Shown: positions 20,488 through 29,545 of the stretch, piece by piece
Numbering within the stretch: the first letter of the stretch is position 1
How the letters are laid out: every line of letters starts with the position of its first letter
Program-made: the position numbers and the translations under genes
Notes under the pieces: model-generated
Told to the model about the DNA's origin: nothing
Seen by the model: only the letters and a program-made list of their open reading frames with translations
Databases searched by the model: none
DNA from: Chloroflexota bacterium
Lineage (GTDB): Bacteria; Chloroflexota; Anaerolineae; UBA1429
Reading direction: 5' to 3'
Assembly (NCBI GenBank): GCA_021372475.1
Contig: JAJFUJ010000127.1
Coordinates: forward strand, 24,654-88,653
DNA length: 64,000 bases

Positions 20488-20694
20488 CCCATTGAGCAGC
20501 AAGAAATCCCAAAAGAGGAACCAAACTATCCTGATTATCATCAGTGTTCTGGTAGCTGCCAGCATGATCTGTGGTTTCTTGTCGATGATCCGCGGTTACT
20601 GATCCCCCTCCGTATACCGCCCAGGGCTCGTATGGATAGCATTATCTGGGATATTTTTGCAATAATAAAGGCAAAGTTGTAATATAAGCACTAA

Positions 20695-20768
<74 letters not shown>

Positions 20769-20771
20769 CAG

Positions 20772-20797
20772 AGCCCTCGCTATGGGGGCTTTTTTAT
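20772..20797 (+). terminator. Possible intrinsic terminator after the tRNA: AGCCC...GGGCT hairpin followed by TTTTTT.
   Basis: 5-bp GC-rich stem plus a T6 tract directly 3' of the tRNA. Confidence 0.35.
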
Positions 20798-20823
20798 TAA
20801 GGGTCAGTTAGGAGCCTGGGCAA

Positions 20824-21411
20824 ATGGGAACCGTCGATCGAGCATCTTATTTCTGTTCTGGCTGCGGCGCCATACGCCAGCAAGGAGCCAGACGCTGTTC
20901 CTCATGTGGGCGAGTTTTCGATGATGAATCCAACGCATCTGAGACAATTTATGCGTTGACACATCCACAGGTTAAAGCGCCGTACCGTAAACAAGGGCCA
21001 GTCAGCAAATTCTTTGAAAATATCTTTTCCTTTCACTCCGTTATCACTATTATTGCGATCGTTATGCTTGTTGTTGCTGCTCGCGCCTTGCTGCCATATG
21101 TTTTCGGTATCAAGGCTGAGGCGTCTGTGACAAAGCTTGAAGCCCTCAATTGCAAGGCGGATTGCCAATACCTGGTGGACTATCAATTCACCGATATATC
21201 GGGCAATGTGCGCACAGGCCAATACCACTGGAGTTACAAGGATTTTTATTTCTACCCGCCCAAGGAAGGTCAGCCAACCGTTATCAAGTACATACCCTAC
21301 CTCACGTTTATGCCAGCGGTAGCCATCGATGCCTGGTTTCCATGGGGGATGTTCGTGATGGCGGGATTGGCCATCCTAGCGCTCGTGGCAGTGAAGAAAA
21401 ACTGGATATAA
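20824..21411 (+). CDS. Hypothetical membrane protein: N-terminal CxxC...CxxC zinc ribbon, TM helix, beta-rich domain, C-terminal TM helix (DUF3592-like topology).
   Basis: CSGCGAIRQQGARRCSSCG zinc-ribbon motif; two hydrophobic segments. GC content is visibly lower than in the flanking genes. Confidence 0.5.
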   Translation: MGTVDRASYFCSGCGAIRQQGARRCSSCGRVFDDESNASETIYALTHPQVKAPYRKQGPVSKFFENIFSFHSVITIIAIVMLVVAARALLPYVFGIKAEASVTKLEALNCKADCQYLVDYQFTDISGNVRTGQYHWSYKDFYFYPPKEGQPTVIKYIPYLTFMPAVAIDAWFPWGMFVMAGLAILALVAVKKNWI

Positions 21412-21439
21412 CGTCTAGCAGAACGTTCAATAGTGCAGG

Positions 21440-21473
21440 AGCAGGGCTTGCTGACAAGCCCTGCTCTTTATTA
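21440..21473. terminator. Bidirectional intrinsic terminator between convergent genes.
   Basis: Perfect 11-bp stem AGCAGGGCTTG/CAAGCCCTGCT with loop CTGA, T-rich on the + side and A-rich upstream. It lies between the ends of the 20824..21411 (+) gene and trkA (-). Confidence 0.5.
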
Positions 21474-22145
21474 TCTGGGGCGGGCCAAGAGTTGATTGAA
21501 CTGGGCTATCTCCGTAGAGTGCACCAGCGCGAGCACCTCGTCAGCCTCGATCAAGACCGTATCGCCTTTGGGGAGCAGCAGTTGGCCTTTGCGTATGATT
21601 GCCACCAGCACGCAGTTATCCGGCAGGACCAAGGCCTTGATAGCCTGGTTTATCGCCTGCGAAGCAGGATGCACCTTCTCCTGAACGAGGGAATACTGGC
21701 CGCGCATCAGCTTCATCAGGGTCATCATATCGCCCAGCGACATCTCCTCGGCAATCAGGTGAGCCATCAAGTCCGCCTGGCTGAGAGCCACATCCACCCC
21801 CATAGTCGGGTTATAAAGCCAGGCATTTTTCGGATTATTCACTCGGCCGATCACGCGTGGGACGCCGAACTCGAAGCGCGCCAAGCTGGAAGCCACGAGG
21901 TTGGTCTCATCCGCGCCCGTCACTGCAGCCACCACATTCGCCTGGCGGATACCTGCCGATTCGAGCACTTCTGGGTCTGTGCCATTGCCGGGAACAACCA
22001 CTTCTGCAGGCAAGTCCTTCAGCAGCGTGTCCACATGCTCCCGACGCAGTTCGATTACCTTGACGCGGTAACCTTCCGCCAATAAAAGCGACGCCAGGTG
22101 TGAGCCTACTTTACCGCCGCCAACAATCAAAACAAACATAGTCAT
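21471..22145 (-). CDS. trkA: TrkA-family K+ transport NAD-binding regulatory subunit (TrkA-N plus TrkA-C).
   Basis: MTMFVLIVGGGKVGSHLA Rossmann GxGxxG and a C-terminal TrkA-C region. Confidence 0.8.
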   Translation of the reverse strand: MTMFVLIVGGGKVGSHLASLLLAEGYRVKVIELRREHVDTLLKDLPAEVVVPGNGTDPEVLESAGIRQANVVAAVTGADETNLVASSLARFEFGVPRVIGRVNNPKNAWLYNPTMGVDVALSQADLMAHLIAEEMSLGDMMTLMKLMRGQYSLVQEKVHPASQAINQAIKALVLPDNCVLVAIIRKGQLLLPKGDTVLIEADEVLALVHSTEIAQFNQLLARPR

Positions 22146-22155
22146 GTTGTCCTCC

Positions 22156-22806
22156 TTAGCTCAGGCCCAGCATAGCTTTGAGCTTATCCGCTGACGCTGC
22201 CTGCACTACCAGGTGCAGGATATCCCCAGCCATGAACACTGTGCCGGTGGTGGGCAAGAAGGTGCGCCCGCCGCGGCTTACCGCGACAACCGTTATTTCA
22301 GTCGGGACGTTTAGATCTTTTACGGCCCGCCCCTCGAGCTGAGGAGTTACCTCGATCTCGATGACATCCACCTCTCCGGTGCCTAATGAGTAGACGGTAT
22401 TCAGCGGCGAATAATTGAGCACATCGGCGATGCGGTTGACGCCCCAGGTGACCGGAGCGATGGTATTGAGCCCCAGGCGCTTGTATATTTCAGCCTTGAG
22501 TGGATCGTATAAACGGGCGACAACGCGCGGCACGCGGTATACCATGCTGGCGACGCGCGCCGTCACGACGTTGACCTCATCGCTGGGAGTCAAAGCCGCC
22601 AGGGCATCGGCATGCTCGATGCCAGCTTTAACCAGAACATCGCGGTCGTAACCGACTCCTACGATCTTTTGACCTCTAAAACTGGCGCCAAGCCGCTCAA
22701 AGGCGGTCGGGTCCGTATCGATGATATGCACCGTTTGCCCTTGCATATTCAGAATATGTGCCAGGCCAGAGCCCATTCGGCCGCAGCCGACAATAATGGT
22801 TAACAC
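22156..22806 (-). CDS. trkA: TrkA-family NAD-binding subunit; second tandem paralog.
   Basis: LTIIVGCGRMGSGLA Rossmann motif. Likely GTG start at 22806 preceded by GAGGAGG. The ORF-track start at 22866 would overlap the upstream ATPase. Confidence 0.75.
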   Translation of the reverse strand: MLTIIVGCGRMGSGLAHILNMQGQTVHIIDTDPTAFERLGASFRGQKIVGVGYDRDVLVKAGIEHADALAALTPSDEVNVVTARVASMVYRVPRVVARLYDPLKAEIYKRLGLNTIAPVTWGVNRIADVLNYSPLNTVYSLGTGEVDVIEIEVTPQLEGRAVKDLNVPTEITVVAVSRGGRTFLPTTGTVFMAGDILHLVVQAASADKLKAMLGLS

Positions 22807-22810
22807 TATA

Positions 22811-25642
22811 TCACCTCCTCGCCAAACGACGGTCGCGCTTACGCACAAAGAACTTGCGAATTTCATCTGTTACCAAGAGGGCGGGAATTAACGCAATCAG
22901 GAAAGGCACATTCTCCGGAGGAATTGGCCCCGTGTTGAAGATAGTTTGCAGAAATGGCACATAACTGAGCAGAATTAGAAGAATAATCTCAGCGGCGATG
23001 CCGAGCCATAACAGCCTGTTGTTGAACAATGGATACTTGAACACAGAGATACGCTCCGTGCGCTGGGCAAACAGGTTACCAATTTGTGTGGCCACTGTGG
23101 CTGCCAAGGTCATCGTTGTTGCAATCGTATACACTTGGCCTGAATCAGGCAATCCCAGGATTTGTCCGGTGTAGCCGTGCGTCCAGTAATGGAAGAAAAA
23201 GGCCAGCATAGCCAGAGTGCCCTGCACAGTACCCAGGATTAGGTAAGCGCGCACGAGCAGTGCCCCAGAGATGACATGCTCTTTGGGATTACGCGGTGGT
23301 CTTTCCATCAAGCCCGGCTCGGGCCGCTCGACGCCAAGTGCCAGTGCTGGCAGGATATCAGTGCCAAGATCTACTGAAAGGACCTGCATGACCGTCATAG
23401 CCAAGGGGATGCGGGTGCCGCTCAAGACATACAGAATAAAGGGATAAGCTTCGGGTGTATTGCTGGTGAAAATATAGGTACAGAATTTCTTGATATTAGC
23501 ATACACGGCGCGCCCTTCTTCGACGGCGTTGACGATGGAAGCAAAGTTGTCGTCTGTCAACACCATTGTCGCGGCTTCCTTGGCCACATCCGTGCCAGTA
23601 ATGCCCATCGCCACGCCGATATCGGCCTTCTTGAGGGCCGGGGCATCGTTCACGCCGTCGCCTGTTACGGCCACCACATGGCCTAATTCCTGTAAGTTGG
23701 CGACGACGCGCAGCTTGTGCTCGGGGGCAACACGCGCAAAAATAACCTCGCCCTTGAGTGCCTGCTTGAGCGCGTCATCGGACATACCTTCGAGCTCAAC
23801 GCCGGTGATGATGCGCGCCTGACTGCCAGAGACAATGTTGATACGTTGGGCGATGCTGGATGCCGTCAGGCCATAGTCGCCAGTGATCATGATAATGCGG
23901 ATGCCGGCATGATGGCAGCGTTCGACGGCGTTGGCCACCTCGGGACGCGGCGGGTCCATCATCGCTTCCAGGCCGATAAAGGTCAATTCGGACTCGACGT
24001 TCTCGGCATTCCAATAACCAAGAGGCTGCCGTTGGCTGACCTCGTCAGTCAGGTTGCGGGCGGCTACAGCCAGCACGCGCAGCCCGGTACGGGCATATTC
24101 ATCGTTGGCAGATAAAATTGCTTTGCGCCGCGTTTCATCCAGCGGTTGACGCTGCCCCTGCCACAGGATATATGAGCACAAGTCGAGCGTCTCCCGGGGA
24201 GCGCCCTTAACATAGGCCATCAGGCTAGCCCCCTGCATATGCAGCGTCGTCATGCGCTTGCGGCGCGAATCGAAAGGAATCTCGCGCATACGGGGCTGTG
24301 CCTGCAGTTCGGCGCCCACATCAATCCCCGCTTTACGGGCGGCCACGATAAGTGCGGCCTCTGTCGGGTCGCCCAGGATATTCCAACGGTCAACCTCTGC
24401 GGTTGGGGCGTTCAGCCGAGCGTTGTTGCATAAGCTCGCTGCCAAGAGGAGCTTGTGCACATCGCTTTGAGGCGAGATACTCAGGCTTTCTGCACCTTCC
24501 TGGATCTTGCCTTCAGGCGCATAACCAGCGCCGGTGACGGCGAGGTTGTGCCCGCCAACCCACAAGTTACGGACAGTCATCTCGTTTTGTGTCAGTGTGC
24601 CGGTTTTATCGGTACAAATAACGGTGGTACAACCCAAGGTCTCTACAGATGAGAGCTTCTTCACCAAGGCGTTGCGTTTCGCCATGCGTTGTACACCCAT
24701 TGCCAGCGACATCGTAACCGTCGGGAGCAAACCCTCAGGTATAAAAGCCACTGCCATACCCATCATAAAAATAAAGCCCTCAACCAATGTCACCTTGGCG
24801 ACAAGAAGTGCAAGCACAAAGAAAAGCACGCCTATTCCAATGGCAATCAACGAAACGATGCGCGTCAACCGTTGAATTTCGACTTGGAGCGGGCTGAGAT
24901 CCTCCTTCAACTGCTGCGTTAATCCGGCGATTTTGCCAAATTCGCTGTGCATACCGGTAGCAAAGACCACCGCTTTTCCGGTGCCAGAAGCCACATTAGT
25001 GCCAGCAAAAACAATATTTGGAATCTCGTGCCTGGCCAGGTCTGTGCGCAGCACCGCTTCGCTGGTTTTGCGCACGGGATGCGACTCGCCAGTTAGTGTA
25101 GACTGGTCGGTGCAAAGCTCGGATTCAAGCACCAGGCGCGCATCGGCCGAGATGCGGTCGCCTTCGCTGAGCATAATCACGTCGCCAGGGACGAGATCCT
25201 CGGCAGGAATGCGCTGCTCCCCGCCATCGCGCAAAACGCGCGCCTGCGCGGGTATCATTCTCTGCAACGCTTCGGCAGCCTTATCGGCGCGGAACTCCTG
25301 CCAGAAGCTGAACACTCCGTTGATGATGACGACCGCCCAGATAGCTATGGCTAACTGCGGCATTCCGCCAATAATTGCCGCAACGCCGCCGATCCAAAGC
25401 ATGATAGCCATCATGCTGGTAAATTGAGCCAAGAGCTTGTAAATGAGAGGCTTGCGCTTGACTTCCTTAATTGTGTTAGAACCATATTCTGTCAGCAGTT
25501 GAGGAATCTGTTTGTTGTGCAGCCCCTCGGGGCAGGTTTCCAATGCCTCATATACCGCCGATACCGGCAGCGCATGAATGCTGCCAGACAATTCCGCCAG
25601 CTTGTTCTCAACTGATGAACTCACCCAACTAACTCCTTGCAC
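22811..25642 (-). CDS. P-type cation-transporting ATPase, P2-type (Ca2+/Mg2+-like, E1-E2).
   Basis: 943 aa. Phosphorylation motif ICTDKTGTLTQNEMTV; TGES-type actuator region (LTGESHPV); hinge GDGVNDAPALKKADIG; about 10 TM helices. Confidence 0.9.
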   Translation of the reverse strand: MQGVSWVSSSVENKLAELSGSIHALPVSAVYEALETCPEGLHNKQIPQLLTEYGSNTIKEVKRKPLIYKLLAQFTSMMAIMLWIGGVAAIIGGMPQLAIAIWAVVIINGVFSFWQEFRADKAAEALQRMIPAQARVLRDGGEQRIPAEDLVPGDVIMLSEGDRISADARLVLESELCTDQSTLTGESHPVRKTSEAVLRTDLARHEIPNIVFAGTNVASGTGKAVVFATGMHSEFGKIAGLTQQLKEDLSPLQVEIQRLTRIVSLIAIGIGVLFFVLALLVAKVTLVEGFIFMMGMAVAFIPEGLLPTVTMSLAMGVQRMAKRNALVKKLSSVETLGCTTVICTDKTGTLTQNEMTVRNLWVGGHNLAVTGAGYAPEGKIQEGAESLSISPQSDVHKLLLAASLCNNARLNAPTAEVDRWNILGDPTEAALIVAARKAGIDVGAELQAQPRMREIPFDSRRKRMTTLHMQGASLMAYVKGAPRETLDLCSYILWQGQRQPLDETRRKAILSANDEYARTGLRVLAVAARNLTDEVSQRQPLGYWNAENVESELTFIGLEAMMDPPRPEVANAVERCHHAGIRIIMITGDYGLTASSIAQRINIVSGSQARIITGVELEGMSDDALKQALKGEVIFARVAPEHKLRVVANLQELGHVVAVTGDGVNDAPALKKADIGVAMGITGTDVAKEAATMVLTDDNFASIVNAVEEGRAVYANIKKFCTYIFTSNTPEAYPFILYVLSGTRIPLAMTVMQVLSVDLGTDILPALALGVERPEPGLMERPPRNPKEHVISGALLVRAYLILGTVQGTLAMLAFFFHYWTHGYTGQILGLPDSGQVYTIATTMTLAATVATQIGNLFAQRTERISVFKYPLFNNRLLWLGIAAEIILLILLSYVPFLQTIFNTGPIPPENVPFLIALIPALLVTDEIRKFFVRKRDRRLARR

Positions 25643-25795
25643 GTCGGCAGGCCGGTCATGTTGACCTTCTTGACTCCAGCCACCAAACTAATTCTATCAT
25701 TGACCTGTTGTATGCCAAGCGCACTGCTCAATCCCGGCAATTTGCAAGGCAACAAATAGGCTAGTATAGGCTCATCAATGTGCAATACCAAAAAC

Positions 25796-26788
25796 TCAAT
25801 AACCCAAGAGATCACTGGACTGAGCAAGTTCCTGCAGAGCTTGGCGCCTGCGACGGTATTCGATAATCGGGCGGTCGCCCTGGATGAGTTTTTCATCCAT
25901 ATGCAGACTGCTTTTGAGCGGTCGCTGGGTAATAACCACTCTGCGGTCCTGAGCGAGTATTTTGCGGTCGCCGATTTTTGCCCCAGCAAAAGTAAATAGC
26001 TCTCGTAGGATTGGCACACGCACTACACGCTGGTAAAAACGCACATACATCAGCGTATTAGCTTCATCGATTGGTGCAAAGACAACAACAATACGCAGAT
26101 TGTCAGAGATATGGTTCATCCACACGTTCGGCATACGCAGATGCAGGAACGGTCCGCGTGTCGGATGCACTTCATCAGGCCTTAAGGGCAGCGTACCATC
26201 ATCAATCCTGTTCTGCACCCACACTCGCAGCTCGTTATCAACCCATTCTGTCATTGGGCCGTCCACTAGAGTATAGTTACCGCGACCAATCGTGTTGTAA
26301 TGAACGAATGGAAGGTGCATGACATCGAGTTGGTTTTCAATAGCCCGCGAGTAGTGCGCTGCCCAGTGGCTGCGCAATGTATTGTAATGAAAGCCGAACA
26401 GTAGGTCTCTAAAAAATGGCACCTCCGGCAAATCATCCCTGGGCTCGCCCCACCAGAGCCATATGAACCCGCCGACCTCGCGCAGTGGATAAGAGGCTAC
26501 CTTGAATTGGCTTGGAACCAACGCAGCCCTGCCGTTAGCCGGGATGAGGACACACCGCCCCGATGTATCATACTCCAGGCCGTGGAAAGGACAGCGGATG
26601 GTATCTTGACACACCTTACCAATGTTCAGTGCCGCACCTCGATGTGCACACAGGTCGATCATACAAACCAGCTCGCCTCCGCTGGTACGCCAGAGCACGA
26701 GCCTCTCGCCCATTCGCGTCACACCCAATGGTTTGCCGCTTTTTACTTCACTGGATTCGAGAATGCCGTACCATTGATTACGGATCAT
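25796..26788 (-). CDS. Rieske [2Fe-2S] non-heme iron oxygenase family protein.
   Basis: Rieske motif CAHRGAAL...(16 residues)...CPFHG, followed by a catalytic domain with His/Asp ligand candidates. 330 aa. Confidence 0.75.
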   Translation of the reverse strand: MIRNQWYGILESSEVKSGKPLGVTRMGERLVLWRTSGGELVCMIDLCAHRGAALNIGKVCQDTIRCPFHGLEYDTSGRCVLIPANGRAALVPSQFKVASYPLREVGGFIWLWWGEPRDDLPEVPFFRDLLFGFHYNTLRSHWAAHYSRAIENQLDVMHLPFVHYNTIGRGNYTLVDGPMTEWVDNELRVWVQNRIDDGTLPLRPDEVHPTRGPFLHLRMPNVWMNHISDNLRIVVVFAPIDEANTLMYVRFYQRVVRVPILRELFTFAGAKIGDRKILAQDRRVVITQRPLKSSLHMDEKLIQGDRPIIEYRRRRQALQELAQSSDLLGY

Positions 26789-26905
26789 TTTCCCTTCTCC
26801 CTAATCCACTAAACAGAGACCGCGGTAAAGAATCCAGCTAACATCCCGCATAGCTACACTCTCACCCAGGCTGGCGCCGTTAGGGAACGCGGTTGCAGGG
26901 GATAA

Positions 26906-27397
26906 TCACCGCGTCGCGATTTGCTTTGGCTCTTCCGCCAGCAAAAGGTCAATCATCGCCAGCAAGGCATCGTCAGGCAGGATGTCGGCCATCGACTCAC
27001 CATGATGCTCATAACGCAGATAGCCGCGCTGGTCGATGAGCATCAGGGCAGGCATGCGTCCGGCCTTGAACCAGTTGACTTGCTGGCCATAGGCATCGGC
27101 CACCGCGTGCAGCGAATCCGGCAACCCGATAAACGGCATCGCATTGCGCTGCCAAAAGTCAACAAAATCCTGGCGGGAATCGGGGCCGCTGATAGCAACC
27201 ACTATGTCGCGGGAAGCGAATTCTTGCCTATCCTGGCGCAACTGCGCCATGTGCCGTCGGCAGAAAGGTCAAGCGAAACCACGGTTCAATACCAGCACTA
27301 CGATGTGCCCACGTTGAGCGGAGAGGGCAAAAGGCTGGCCATTTATGTCGCTAAGCGTAAAATCAGGAGCTAGTTCAGTAGGCGGTATAAGCGGCAT
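26906..27397 (-). CDS. Candidate selenoprotein: Prx-like/TlpA-like thioredoxin-fold protein (163 aa) with an in-frame TGA (minus-strand codon at 27271-27269) in place of the first Cys of the redox motif (RGFA-U-PFC).
   Basis: The ORF track only shows the 114-aa C-terminal part (26906..27250). Reading upstream through the TGA stays in frame to an ATG at 27397 preceded by TAAGGAGG. The combined N-terminus MPLIPPTELAPDFTLSDINGQPFALSAQRGHIVVLVLNRGFA[TGA]PFCRRHMAQL... matches the AhpC/TSA-redoxin consensus (PAPDFTLxDxxGxxxxLSxxRGKxVVLxFYRGxWCPxCxxxL). A GC hairpin, GGCGCAGUUGCGCC, lies 21-34 nt 3' of the UGA (+ coordinates 27235-27248). Confidence 0.45.
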
Positions 27398-27657
27398 ACG
27401 AACCTCCTTAACACACTAGGAAGCCAGGGCATGCGCACTCTCTACAGGTTCGTTCAAAGCAGATAGAAACTCGCCCGAGCACTCTCCAGAGAGCAGTCAC
27501 TTCGACACTGCCATCCAGCGTTCAGGCTACTGGCATACCGGCACGTAAACCCAATGCGAATGGATAGCCAGCCTGAAGGGCGCCTGTGCTATTCTAAGCG
27601 GTAACGGCCGCCTTGACCAGTATCGACACCCACACGCGCCCTGGATACTGCCGCGCT

Positions 27658-28413
27658 TTACGGCGTTAAGCCCAGGATGAACGCAGCCGACGCCTCAACT
27701 AATTGCCGTTGCTGCTCCTCACGGCTGATATCCGCAGTTAAATCGCCCACCTGCTCGCCATACCAGCCAAAGTGCGCGTGGTTACCGCCCTCAATAGTAT
27801 GCCACATCGTGTTCGCCGGCAGCAGAGCCCGCGCATCATCCACTTCTTCAGGAGTGACCAGGCCGTCCTGCGATGCATTGATAACCAGCGTGCTCACGCT
27901 GGCTGCGGCCATACTGGCATTGTTGGCGGGATAAGCCGCCCACAGCAGCAGGCCTTGGATTTGATCGGGATGCTCGAGCGTATAACTGGCGGCCATAACG
28001 CCGCCTAACGAGTGGCCCCCAATAGCCCAGATTCGGATATCCGGGAAGGCCTCGATTACTTTAGCGGCGCTGCCCGGCGCCAATACTGCCAGGTCCAGCG
28101 GCATCTTGACGATCATTACCTGAATGCCGCGTTCAGCCAGAGCACGAGCCGCCGGCGCATAGGCGCGCGCATCGATGCGTCCGCCAGGATAGAATACCAG
28201 GCCGCGTTCCGGTTGAGCGGCCAACGGGGTGAAGCTAATCCAGCGGCTTTGCTCTGTCACCTGCACGGCAGAATCACTCTGTAGAGCTGCCAGTGCTTCC
28301 GGCATCGGCTGCGCCGGGGTAAATCCCCAGATAAAAAAGGCGGCTATCCCAAAGACGGCCATCCCCAAAATGATCCAGCCCCAGAGTTTGCGTCCAGTTT
28401 GCATGCCGTTCAC
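27658..28413 (-). CDS. Alpha/beta hydrolase (dienelactone hydrolase/esterase-like) with an N-terminal membrane anchor.
   Basis: Nucleophile elbow GGHSLGG; N-terminal hydrophobic segment (WGWIILGMAVFGIAAFFIWGF). Confidence 0.65.
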   Translation of the reverse strand: MNGMQTGRKLWGWIILGMAVFGIAAFFIWGFTPAQPMPEALAALQSDSAVQVTEQSRWISFTPLAAQPERGLVFYPGGRIDARAYAPAARALAERGIQVMIVKMPLDLAVLAPGSAAKVIEAFPDIRIWAIGGHSLGGVMAASYTLEHPDQIQGLLLWAAYPANNASMAAASVSTLVINASQDGLVTPEEVDDARALLPANTMWHTIEGGNHAHFGWYGEQVGDLTADISREEQQRQLVEASAAFILGLTP

Positions 28414-28530
28414 CCGCTAGATAAGTTGGCGTTATCTTAGCACAGCCGCTCGGCAGGTCAAGGACGCGCTCCCCTGTGCAGCATGGCTGAATTTGGCTAT
28501 ACTGAGCTGAAATGAACTAGGAGCGGCAAG

Positions 28531-29286
28531 ATGAAACTACAGGGCAAATGCGCGCTCGTGACGGGCGCGGGGATCGGGATCGGCCGTGAGGTGGCGCTGG
28601 AGCTGGCGCGCGAGGGCGCCGATGTGGCGTTGAGCTATCATGCCAGTTCCAGCGGGGCAACGAGCGCCGTGGCAGAGATAAACGCCATGGGACGGCGGGC
28701 GCTGGCCGTACGCGCCGATGTCAGCCAGGTGAGCGAGTGCAGAGCGCTGGTGAGCGAAGCGGCCGCCTTCCTGGGCGGGCTCGATATCCTGGTCAATAAT
28801 GCCGGGGTTACCATCGTCAAGGATTTTCTGAGCATCACTGAGGAAGACTTTGATTACCTCTATCATTTGAATATCCGCGGCTATTACTTTTGCGCCCAGA
28901 GCGCAGCGGCTTGTATGTGCGAACGGGGCGGTGGCGTCATCATCAATATGGCATCGATTCATTCTTTTATGTCCAACTACCGCACCTCGCTGTATGACGG
29001 CACCAAGGGCGCCATCCTCAACACCACGCGCTCGCTGGCCCTCGAACTCGCCAAGGACCACATCCGCGTGGTGGGCGTAGCGCCCGGTGTGATCGAGGTG
29101 CCGCGCTATTTCGATGATCCGGCTTATTCAAGCGCCGAATCGGGCAAGCGCGTGCCCTGGGGCCGCGTCGGCCTGCCCATTGATATCGCCAAAACATGCG
29201 TCTTTCTGGCCTCGGCCGACGCAGATTTCATCACCGGCCAGACCATTATCGTTGACGGCGGCACCACTACGCGCATGTCACTCTGA
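28531..29286 (+). CDS. Short-chain dehydrogenase/reductase (SDR) family oxidoreductase.
   Basis: TGAGIGIGREVALELAREGADV Rossmann motif, NNAG motif, YxxxK catalytic pair. 251 aa. Confidence 0.85.
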   Translation: MKLQGKCALVTGAGIGIGREVALELAREGADVALSYHASSSGATSAVAEINAMGRRALAVRADVSQVSECRALVSEAAAFLGGLDILVNNAGVTIVKDFLSITEEDFDYLYHLNIRGYYFCAQSAAACMCERGGGVIINMASIHSFMSNYRTSLYDGTKGAILNTTRSLALELAKDHIRVVGVAPGVIEVPRYFDDPAYSSAESGKRVPWGRVGLPIDIAKTCVFLASADADFITGQTIIVDGGTTTRMSL

Positions 29287-29297
29287 CCATCCTCATA

Positions 29298-29535
29298 GAG
29301 GGTGTTAAAGTATCCAATTGGAGATATCTTTGTGCCCGAAAAGACGGGTTGCGAACTCGCATAGCATTTCCGCACAAGCAGGGATACAATTGAGTCTTGC
29401 TCTTATTCTTGTTACTATATGATATATTCCATTATCCCTCAGATTGATACTGGATTCTGGCCTGCACCGGAATGACGCTTCCTGTTTCCCGGCGGGCGAG
29501 TATAAGGGCAGAATTTCTTTTTCAACACCCCCTCC
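29298..29535 (+). repeat. Copy 1 of a ~240-bp intergenic repeat with imperfect terminal inverted repeats (GAGGGTGTTAAAG ... CTTTTTCAACACCCCCTC). MITE-like element or structured RNA.
   Basis: Aligned by eye with 40564..40802. Long conserved blocks: GAGTCTTGCT-TTATTCTTGTTA, ATATGATATATT, ATACTGGATTC-GGCCTGC-CCGGAATGACGCTTCCTGTTTCCC, GTATAAGG, CTTTTTCAACACCC. Confidence 0.5.
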
Positions 29536-29545
29536 GCATACTCGT

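Noticed and set aside
20372-20602. 76-aa ORF overlapping the end of the TPR gene (MSIMINASKQYHGSKRAWK...SVLVAASMICGFLSMIRGY).
   Set aside because: The N-terminal two-thirds overlaps the TPR gene out of frame and is K/R/S-rich low complexity. Only the last ~25 residues (a hydrophobic stretch) lie in intergenic DNA. No RBS. A short membrane peptide starting at an internal codon cannot be excluded, but it is not supported.
27398-27657. 260-bp intergenic region upstream of the candidate selenoprotein gene, considered as an ncRNA.
   Set aside because: No convincing conserved structure, promoter pair or terminator could be picked out by eye. It probably holds the promoter for the minus-strand gene run, but I cannot define it.
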